NCBI GenBank assembly: GCA_016932855.1
Contig: JAFGCB010000016.1
Span: forward strand, 554 to 64,553
From: Candidatus Omnitrophota bacterium
GTDB taxonomy: Bacteria > Omnitrophota > Gorgyraeia > Duberdicusellales > Duberdicusellaceae
Length of the DNA stretch: 64,000 nucleotides
Reading direction: 5' to 3'
Part shown: positions 57,629-64,000 of the stretch, one piece after another
How positions within the stretch are numbered: the first letter of the stretch is position 1
Layout of the letters: each line of letters starts with the position of its first letter
Translations under genes and position numbers: made by a program
Notes under the pieces: generated by a model
Seen by the model: the letters and a program-made list of their open reading frames with translations, nothing else
The model's database searches: none
What the model was told of the DNA's origin: nothing

Positions 57629-58342
57629 TTAAACCTCAATAATCTCACCGACATTTACGCTGATAAAATCTTTCCTATATTTATTCTTAAATATTTCTTG
57701 AGCTTCATATCCGCTACAATGGGTTGGAGCTGTTTTTTCCACGCCAAGTCTTATGAATTCATCAACAATAAGTTCAACTTCTCTTTTATCTTTATCCACA
57801 AGGTGAAATCCCCCCAGAACCGTATAAATACTTTCTTTTGGAAAATTCCCTTTTACTGTCTTTAATATTTTGACAATGCCCGGATGGGCACAACCGGTAA
57901 TAATAGAAACTCCTTTATCAGTTTTAACTACCAACGCCTCCTCAGGCATATATTCGCCTTTATATTTACCTTCTATTTCACCGCTGACAAAAATATCTTT
58001 TGCAATTTCAGTAACTTTTTTTGCTTCTATAAGCTTGCCTTTTAATCTTTTAACTTTTTCCTTAAATTCCAAACTGAAATTAGGACATCCATAAACCAAA
58101 AGACCCTCTTTCTTTCTTAATAATTCCCATAGACCTCCGGTATGATCCCAGTGATCATGAGAAATAACCACAGCCTCTATACTAGCGCTATCAGCATTTA
58201 AAATCCTCATATTCTCCAAAAGCCAAAAGCCGTTTTCTCCTGTATCAAACAATATCTTTCCATCAACCAAGAACGAAACTCCCCAACCTACATGCAGCTT
58301 CTTGTTTTTATTATCCTTGTCAAAAAGAATCTTCACCTTCAT
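57629..58342 (-). CDS. MBL-fold metallo-hydrolase.
   Basis: VISHDHWDHTGG (HxHxDH) and downstream His/Asp ligands. Confidence 0.7.
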   Translation of the reverse strand: MKVKILFDKDNKNKKLHVGWGVSFLVDGKILFDTGENGFWLLENMRILNADSASIEAVVISHDHWDHTGGLWELLRKKEGLLVYGCPNFSLEFKEKVKRLKGKLIEAKKVTEIAKDIFVSGEIEGKYKGEYMPEEALVVKTDKGVSIITGCAHPGIVKILKTVKGNFPKESIYTVLGGFHLVDKDKREVELIVDEFIRLGVEKTAPTHCSGYEAQEIFKNKYRKDFISVNVGEIIEV

Positions 58343-58354
58343 CTTAGAACCTCT

Positions 58355-58771
58355 CTATATTCTTCCATCCCTATTTTTAAGCAAAGTGGCTATTGTAGTT
58401 TCAGCAAGGACCCTATGTAGTCTTTTTTTAATATCTTTCATATGGGCCATTAGCACGCAGTCATCAGGATAGGGACAAATATCTTTTTCCAGCAAACAAT
58501 CCATAATATCTATTCTACCCCTAAATATCTTTATTATATCTATAAGACGCAACTTAGAAGCGGGCGTATTCAAAACAAAACCCCCGCCTTTACCTTTTAA
58601 AGATTTCAATATCTTTTTTTTGCTTAAAATCTGTAAAATTCTTCTCAAAAAAGCCCTACGCATTTTCAATTTATTGACCACCTCGCTCACAGAAGTATTC
58701 TTATACGGCCTTTGCGCAATATACAACAGAGACCTTATTGCGTAATAGATATTTTTATTTATTAACCTCAC
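58355..58771 (-). CDS. Rrf2-family transcriptional regulator with three C-terminal Cys (probable Fe-S sensing, IscR/NsrR-like).
   Basis: Rrf2 wHTH N-terminus (YAIRSLLYIA...VSEV) and C-x6-C-x5-C (CLLEKDICPYPDDC). GTG start. Confidence 0.7.
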   Translation of the reverse strand: MRLINKNIYYAIRSLLYIAQRPYKNTSVSEVVNKLKMRRAFLRRILQILSKKKILKSLKGKGGGFVLNTPASKLRLIDIIKIFRGRIDIMDCLLEKDICPYPDDCVLMAHMKDIKKRLHRVLAETTIATLLKNRDGRI

Positions 58772-59264
58772 TATATCTCTGTATTTTTTCTATTATTTTT
58801 CTGTGAGATGAAAATGGTATAACAGGCAACTCTTTCTTGTTGAAAAATTTAGCATCTCTCAATTCACTGTTTAATGATAGGTAATCTTTGGAAATTTTAA
58901 CCATATATCCAATAACGAGAACTGAACCATATTCTCTTGTTTTTTGAATATAAACACCGATTAATCTTTCAATCTTGCCTCTTAGGCCTGTTTCCTCTTT
59001 TAGCTCTCTTAAACAAGCGCTCTCAGGCGCCTCACCGAATTCAACAAACCCACCGGGTAAAGACCACTTATTTATACCCGGTTTGAGATTTCTCTTTACT
59101 ATAAGAACTTCTCCTTGTTTATTCTCTACCAAAGATACCGCCACTGGCAAAGGATTTTTATAATATACCCAACCACACTTTTGACAAATCAACCTTTTTC
59201 GACCATCTATCGTTTTTTTGAGTAAATAATGCCTGCATAAAGGACAAAATTTAAATGTGCGCAC
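58755..59264 (-). CDS. NUDIX hydrolase with an N-terminal four-Cys zinc ribbon (NudC-like arrangement).
   Basis: Nudix box GGFVEFGEAPESACLRELKEETGL. CPLC...CQKCG N-terminus. GTG start. Confidence 0.7.
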   Translation of the reverse strand: MRTFKFCPLCRHYLLKKTIDGRKRLICQKCGWVYYKNPLPVAVSLVENKQGEVLIVKRNLKPGINKWSLPGGFVEFGEAPESACLRELKEETGLRGKIERLIGVYIQKTREYGSVLVIGYMVKISKDYLSLNSELRDAKFFNKKELPVIPFSSHRKIIEKIQRYSEVNK

Positions 59265-59289
59265 TGTTATTTCTTCCTTACCCCTATTT

Positions 59290-59835
59290 CTACAATCCCA
59301 ACTTACCGCTTATTTCTCGCATCGCATCCAAGCATATAGCAACAAAATCTTCGGGCGATAGACCGAATTCCTGACAAGCTTCTATCTGCTGCCGATTTAC
59401 TCCCCGGGCAAAACTTTTCTCTTTAAAGCGATTTAAGACAAATTCTGTATTTAAAGCTTCTAGTTTTTTCTGCGGGTGCATTAAACAAGCAGCAACAATC
59501 AAGCCTGTTAAAGGGTCAACGCTGTATAACGCCTTCGCCATTAAGGTCTTTCTTTCAATGTGTCCGGGATGGCCTTTTATTGCTTCTAGGATTTGACTAT
59601 CTATATCTTCTTTCTCCAAAATTTCGGCGGTAACGAACCCGTGTCTTGGAAAATCATCTTTGGTATCCTCATAATCCATATCGTGGAGAAGGCCGGCTAA
59701 CCCCCAAAATTCTATATCTTCTCCAAATTCCTTAGCCAGTCGCTTCATACAGGCCTCAACCGCTAAACTGTGCTTTACCAGATTTTTATTCTTAAGTTTC
59801 GATTTGAGACGTTCTATAGCTTCGGATCTGTTCAT
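59290..59835 (-). CDS. HD-domain phosphohydrolase.
   Basis: H...HD motif (HSLAVEA...LLHDMDY). Confidence 0.65.
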   Translation of the reverse strand: MNRSEAIERLKSKLKNKNLVKHSLAVEACMKRLAKEFGEDIEFWGLAGLLHDMDYEDTKDDFPRHGFVTAEILEKEDIDSQILEAIKGHPGHIERKTLMAKALYSVDPLTGLIVAACLMHPQKKLEALNTEFVLNRFKEKSFARGVNRQQIEACQEFGLSPEDFVAICLDAMREISGKLGL

Positions 59836-59934
59836 GTTTGAATTGTCCTTATTTGAACTAATCTTTAAGACATTTTCTGCCCAAGGATGTAAACAGCCTG
59901 AAATTTAAACTAGGCCTTTATTTAATTTACATCC

Positions 59935-60279
59935 CTAAGCCTTAAATACTTCGTCCAATATATCGGTTATCTGTTTTCTATTCTGAATACTGCTTGTTGC
60001 CTTAACGACTTTCCCATTTTTGAAATAAACAGTAAAAGGTAAACCCATAAAGAAAGAGCATTCCGGCAAGTCCCTGATAAAAGAAGCGGCCGGAATATCA
60101 AAATCCATGTCTCTAAACTGAATATGCGGATATTCCACCTCCAATTTCTGCATGATACCAAAAACGGGAATGCACATCTGTCCCATTCTCCCGCAACAAA
60201 TCATGACATTCTCATTGGTTTTAAGTAACTCCTCAATTTGCTCACGACTCTCTATGTGCTTAAGATTCGTATTTAACAT
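59935..60279 (-). CDS. Thioredoxin-fold protein with an atypical active-site region.
   Basis: Trx-like secondary-structure pattern. CCGRMGQMC replaces the canonical WCGPC. Confidence 0.4.
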   Translation of the reverse strand: MLNTNLKHIESREQIEELLKTNENVMICCGRMGQMCIPVFGIMQKLEVEYPHIQFRDMDFDIPAASFIRDLPECSFFMGLPFTVYFKNGKVVKATSSIQNRKQITDILDEVFKA

Positions 60280-60504
60280 TGCCGCACCCCCTATTGTTTT
60301 TTAAGCTGTTTGAAAAACTCGCGAGGATTTTCATGCAGGCCAAGTATTGTATATAGAATTTTTATCGAAAAAGTCCTTTTCCTCGATTTCTACCTCTTTC
60401 CCTATATCAACCAAAACCGCCTGCCCTTCTAAAAATACCTCTGTCTATAAAAGATAAGACTGAACTTTCGGAAAAACGTATATCACTCTTTGATGGACTA
60501 AAAC

Positions 60505-60576
60505 TAATTATCCCCGAAGATTAAAATCTATACAAGCTCCACAACCTTTACATCTATCACCATCAATCCAAGGCAT
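60505..60576 (-). pseudogene. Possible remnant of a 4Fe-4S ferredoxin gene: a 23-codon ORF (MPWIDGDRCKGCGACIDFNLRG*) directly abutting the upstream stop. The remaining ~200 nt of the gap shows protein-like frames interrupted by stops.
   Basis: The CxxCxxC start of a ferredoxin motif is truncated by a stop. The gap at 60280-60576 is ~300 nt with no intact ORF. Confidence 0.2.
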
Positions 60577-61140
60577 TTAGCATTTCCTAAAATTTAATAT
60601 ATGACCTTCATTGTAATATTCATCGTGCAGGAGCCTTTTTGAAAATTTATGCTGGAGAATAAAACCTGTCTCCTCTACCTCCTCTATGATCCTATCTAAA
60701 TCAATGTTAGCCAACTCCATCAAAGGGTGATCTTTTTTATAATGCTTAGGATAAACCGAGAAAAGACCTTCTCTCTTTAACGCTCTATAAACCTCACTGT
60801 AAACTGCTTTCCTTTCTTTTCTATTTCCGTAATGAATAACATCATAACACAAAACTACATCAACAGATTCGTCATCTAAGGGGACTTTTGAGCTTTCGCT
60901 TATTACCTCAATATTTTTTATTTTTTCTTGTTGTATTAACCTCTTCAACTTATCCAATACGCCCCTATCATTATCTAAGGCATATACTTTCCCATCTCTG
61001 CCCACTGCTTTTGAGGCGGGAATCGTATAATGCCCCTTGCCTGAACCAAAATCTAATACAACCTGGCCCTTTTTAAGGCCAATTTCCTGTAAAAACTTTA
61101 CTCCATCCAGCTCTATCCACTCCTTAACATCTTCTTTCAT
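60577..61140 (-). CDS. Class I SAM-dependent methyltransferase.
   Basis: VLDFGSGKGHYT motif I. YALDNDRG post-I. Confidence 0.7.
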   Translation of the reverse strand: MKEDVKEWIELDGVKFLQEIGLKKGQVVLDFGSGKGHYTIPASKAVGRDGKVYALDNDRGVLDKLKRLIQQEKIKNIEVISESSKVPLDDESVDVVLCYDVIHYGNRKERKAVYSEVYRALKREGLFSVYPKHYKKDHPLMELANIDLDRIIEEVEETGFILQHKFSKRLLHDEYYNEGHILNFRKC

Positions 61141-61149
61141 CTCAACAAA

Positions 61150-61340
61150 GCTCTTTAAAAACCAGCTCTGGAATGAAGCTCCGCAGGCTAAAGCCTGCGG
61201 TTGCGCTTCGCTTTCGCTCGCGGAACCATCCCAAGCGTAGTCGAAGGATGGCTTGCCGTATTTAGCTTCTTGCGGAGCGGAATCCCGTACCTGCTTTGCA
61301 TCCCCGGCTTAAAAGCCGGGGCTTTACCGCGCGGGATAAA
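61150..61340. other. GC-rich structured intergenic segment with several perfect hairpins (CCGCAGGCTAAAGCCTGCGG, CCATCCC...GAAGGATGG, CCCCGGCTTAAAAGCCGGGG). It may be a terminator cluster or an uncharacterised structured RNA.
   Basis: The GC content is clearly above the surroundings, and palindromes are read directly. Confidence 0.3.
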
Positions 61341-61343
61341 AAT

Positions 61344-62696
61344 TTATTTGCTATACAGCTTTTCAAAGGCTCTTTCAGCCGCTAAAGCTATTGGTTCTTT
61401 GCCGGGGTCTGGAGACAGCTCTGGTTGACCAGCGCATCTGAAAGTAGCCAAATCCAAAGCCTTTAAGCCGCAACGTATTGCCAAGGCAATTACATCAATA
61501 TATTTTACCGGACATTCAGCATCACTGACTATCTGCCCACCTATTAATCGTTGATCTGTTTTATCAAATATGAGTTTCACAATATAGGGCTTTCGCTCCC
61601 GCATCATAGAATGTTTGCTGGTAGACTCTTGCCTTACTGCAACCACCTCAATACCTTCTTTTTCAGCCTTTGATTCGGTGATGCCCGCTCCGGCAATAGA
61701 TTTATCGAAGAATTTGGTAGAAAAACTATTAATTAAAGGCGGAAACTTTACCTGGAAGCCTAAAATATTCTTGGCTATAACTCTGCCGGAAATCACAGCA
61801 TTCGGACGCAACTGACCAAGCGTCGGTTTACCGGTAATATGACTTTGATATTCTATAAGATCTCCTCCTGCGTATATATCGGGATCCGAAGTCTGTAAAT
61901 ATCCGTTAACCTTTAAGCCAAGCTTGCCCAGCTTTAATCCGGCATGTTTAGCTAATTCAACATTACAGCGGGCACCTACAGAGATAATAACCATCCTTGC
62001 ATTTATCTCTTCACCCGAAGCTAAAGTTACGCTTTCCACGCTATCCTTTCCATTAATCGCTGTTGCTTTCTGATTTAACTGCAGTTGTACTCCTTTCTCC
62101 TTCATGTAAACCTGCACTTCTTCGGCCATATCCGGATCTAAAATACTTGGCATAATATGTCCAAACATTTCAACAACTGCAACTTTTAATCCCTGACGGG
62201 AAAGCAGATAGGCCTTTTCAACTCCTATTGCTCCAGCGCCCAAAAGAACAACATTCCTTACCCGTCGGGAATTTAACCAATGAAGAATATCAACTGCGTC
62301 ACCGCTTGTGCGAAGAGTAAATACCCCGGATAAATCAACTCCTGAAACATTAGGCATGACGGGCTTGGCGCCAGTCGCTAAAACGAGCTTGTCATAGGGA
62401 TAGGTATTTCCGTCAGCTGTCTTAACTATTTTTATTTCTCTATTTATTTCTACTGCTGCTACACTTACCAGTTTTATTCCCTTTTCCGTAAATATGTTAT
62501 CGTCCTTATAGGAAGAATCAACCATCACGTCGCCACAACAGATATAAGGAGTCGCGCATCTTGTCAATAAACCTTTTTCGTTAGGTTCCCGGATTATAGT
62601 TACTTCAAGAGAAGATTTCAGCTTTTTTAGCGTCAAAGCGGCTAATGCGCCGCATCCGGAACATCCAATAACAACTACTCTTCTTACCTGATGCAC
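61344..62696 (-). CDS. FAD-dependent pyridine nucleotide-disulfide oxidoreductase (NADH oxidase / CoA-disulfide reductase family).
   Basis: VVVIGCSGCG Rossmann motif, single redox Cys context LTRCATPY and a second NAD(P) fold. Confidence 0.75.
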   Translation of the reverse strand: MHQVRRVVVIGCSGCGALAALTLKKLKSSLEVTIIREPNEKGLLTRCATPYICCGDVMVDSSYKDDNIFTEKGIKLVSVAAVEINREIKIVKTADGNTYPYDKLVLATGAKPVMPNVSGVDLSGVFTLRTSGDAVDILHWLNSRRVRNVVLLGAGAIGVEKAYLLSRQGLKVAVVEMFGHIMPSILDPDMAEEVQVYMKEKGVQLQLNQKATAINGKDSVESVTLASGEEINARMVIISVGARCNVELAKHAGLKLGKLGLKVNGYLQTSDPDIYAGGDLIEYQSHITGKPTLGQLRPNAVISGRVIAKNILGFQVKFPPLINSFSTKFFDKSIAGAGITESKAEKEGIEVVAVRQESTSKHSMMRERKPYIVKLIFDKTDQRLIGGQIVSDAECPVKYIDVIALAIRCGLKALDLATFRCAGQPELSPDPGKEPIALAAERAFEKLYSK

Positions 62697-62714
62697 TTCG
62701 TTCTCCTAACTTTA

Positions 62715-62981
62715 TTATCTTTTACAAACACCGTCATCTGAGCATGGCGGCTTATCGCAACGTTCGGCTCTGCCACAGCAGGTTCTGTCTGAAGAACTAT
62801 TATATTTGTAGTCTGTTGCATAAAAGCCTTTTCCTTTAAAAATCACTCCCACCCCCGCACTGATAAGCCTTTTGACTTCTTTGCCGCAGTGGGGACATTC
62901 CTTAAGGGGCTCTTCGCTCATTCTTTGAGATTTCTCGAATTTATAACCGCAAAATTCGCACAGATATTCGTATATCGGCAT
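62715..62981 (-). CDS. FmdB-family zinc-ribbon protein, paralog of 55213-55413, with a Cys-rich tail.
   Basis: MPIYEYLCEFCGYKFE...CPHCGK. Confidence 0.55.
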   Translation of the reverse strand: MPIYEYLCEFCGYKFEKSQRMSEEPLKECPHCGKEVKRLISAGVGVIFKGKGFYATDYKYNSSSDRTCCGRAERCDKPPCSDDGVCKR

Positions 62982-62984
62982 CTT

Positions 62985-63461
62985 CTACCTCAGCGCTTTT
63001 ACTTTAAATTTCAACGACTGCCAAAATGACAAATAATCAACAATCAGTTTCCCGCAAAGATGATCTATTTCATGCTGAAGAACCCTGGCAAAAAGACCCT
63101 TTGCTTTAATTTCAACAGCTTGACCTTCCTCATTCAAGCCTTTTATAATCGCTTCATAAGGCCTGACTATATCAACCCCCAAACCAGGCACGCTTAAGCA
63201 TCTTTCTTCCATGACATCTGCACCTTTTACCCTAAGAATTTGGGGATTAGCTAACTTTGTAATTCTTCCTTCAACTTCTACCACAATCATTTTTCTAAGA
63301 ATGCCGACTTGGGGTGCTGCTAAGCCTATGCCGGAAAAATACTTCATGGCAAAAAGCATCTGCTCAAAAAGAGTTTTTTCTCTTTGAGTTACTCTACTTA
63401 AAGAGACGCACTTTTTGCGTAATATTTTTTGAGGGTATTTTTTTATTTCTAAAAGTTGCAC
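62985..63461 (-). CDS. def: Peptide deformylase.
   Basis: GIGLAAPQVG, EERCLSVPG and QHEIDHLCG metal-site motifs. GTG start. Confidence 0.85.
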   Translation of the reverse strand: MQLLEIKKYPQKILRKKCVSLSRVTQREKTLFEQMLFAMKYFSGIGLAAPQVGILRKMIVVEVEGRITKLANPQILRVKGADVMEERCLSVPGLGVDIVRPYEAIIKGLNEEGQAVEIKAKGLFARVLQHEIDHLCGKLIVDYLSFWQSLKFKVKALR

Positions 63462-64000
63462 TTTTCTTCAAATTATAAATAAGCGCTATATCCGCCAATT
63501 TTGCCCTGGTTTCCTTAGCCACAACTCCACACTTGACCATAAAGAAAAAGAAAATAGGCCTTTTTTCGTTTGACAATGATTCAAAATTACCCTGTCCCTT
63601 GCTAATAATAACATCCGCCTTGCGATAGATTCTTTTAAAATCATTGCTGCATAACCTTAATATTGTACCCGGGGCATCAGAACCATTTGATAAAACTTTA
63701 GCAAACTTATCAATGCCGCAATATTTAGCGTCTTCAAATAAAGCGTCATTAATAATAGGCTTATTTTTTACCGCGAAATAAATTGTTTTTTCGGGATACA
63801 TCGTTTTTATTTCTTCTATCAAAATCCTATCAAAAACAACTTCTCCTGCGTTATCTGCTAGATAAAGAACCGTCTTGGCCATCTTTAATGCCTTTTTAAA
63901 TTCCTGATAATGAAACAAAGTTCTTTTACGGGCGTATTCTTCCTCTTTCAAAAGAATCCTGTTTAACTCAAGATTCACATTTAAATTATTCTTTACTCCA
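63394..64000 (-). CDS. DUF89/ARMT1-like (damage-control phosphatase family) protein. It is partial: the frame is open upstream of the GTG at 63978 to the window edge.
   Basis: AKTVLYLADNAGEVVFDRILIE...IISKGQGNFESL family pattern. It overlaps the def 5' end by 68 nt. Confidence 0.45.
   Translation of the reverse strand, partial: GVKNNLNVNLELNRILLKEEEYARKRTLFHYQEFKKALKMAKTVLYLADNAGEVVFDRILIEEIKTMYPEKTIYFAVKNKPIINDALFEDAKYCGIDKFAKVLSNGSDAPGTILRLCSNDFKRIYRKADVIISKGQGNFESLSNEKRPIFFFFMVKCGVVAKETRAKLADIALIYNLKKSATFRNKKIPSKNITQKVRLFK

Noticed and set aside
1-64000. CRISPR arrays, tRNA/rRNA genes, transposases/integrases
   Set aside because: I found no regularly spaced direct repeats with unique spacers. 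I found no tRNA-like cloverleaf signatures (GTTCGAATC-type T-loops) in the intergenic gaps. I found no DDE or tyrosine-recombinase-like ORFs. The short palindromic repeats are irregular in spacing and flank genes individually.

Overview
This 64-kb window is AT-rich, almost entirely minus-strand coding, and looks like the genome of an anaerobic, probably uncultivated bacterium. It uses the standard genetic code: TGA acts as a stop in many ATGA-type gene overlaps. All identifications come from reading motifs by eye; no database search was possible.

Gene content, in order:
- Positions 1-1706: a partial, very large secreted repeat protein (beta-helix/adhesin-like).
- Positions 2269-8857: a type IV pilus assembly operon. 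It contains an HTH protein, a PilM-PilN fusion, a PilO/PilP-like protein and a 1312-aa PilQ secretin with a long N-terminal TPR/tandem-repeat region.
- Positions 9041-32721: housekeeping genes. These are a UvrD-helicase/Fe-S PD-(D/E)XK nuclease fusion, rpmB, recJ, argS, rsfS, an M16 peptidase, a trpG-D-C-F-B-A operon lacking trpE, murA, prmC, prfA, rpmE, rho, coaE, glgA and polA.
- Positions 35093-49543: a complete Wood-Ljungdahl carbonyl-branch cluster. It runs metF, cooS/acsA, cooF, an FAD/NAD(P) oxidoreductase, acsB, acsC, RACo, acsD and acsE. It is flanked by an HPS-RraA fusion and a Pta-N-terminal-like protein.
- Positions 49871-52687: a divergently transcribed cytoplasmic-type [NiFe]-hydrogenase (small subunit, large subunit, maturation protease).
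- Positions 52863-54894: two paralogous MetV-like Cys-rich proteins flanking a SAM methyltransferase.
- Positions 55213-64000: a metal/redox module. It contains a CDF transporter fused to a NifX/NifB-like domain, a Gly/Arg-rich zinc-ribbon protein, an MBL hydrolase and an Rrf2 regulator. Beyond it lie Nudix, HD, thioredoxin-like, Nox/CoADR, def and a partial DUF89 gene.

The main non-coding signal is at least four families of short, imperfectly palindromic intergenic repeats. Copies recur 3 times (families A, B, C) or 2 times (family D) between co-directional genes, including inside the trp and acs operons. Leaderless-type sigma70 promoters precede rpmB and the hydrogenase.

No tRNA, rRNA, CRISPR array or classical IS/transposase was detected.
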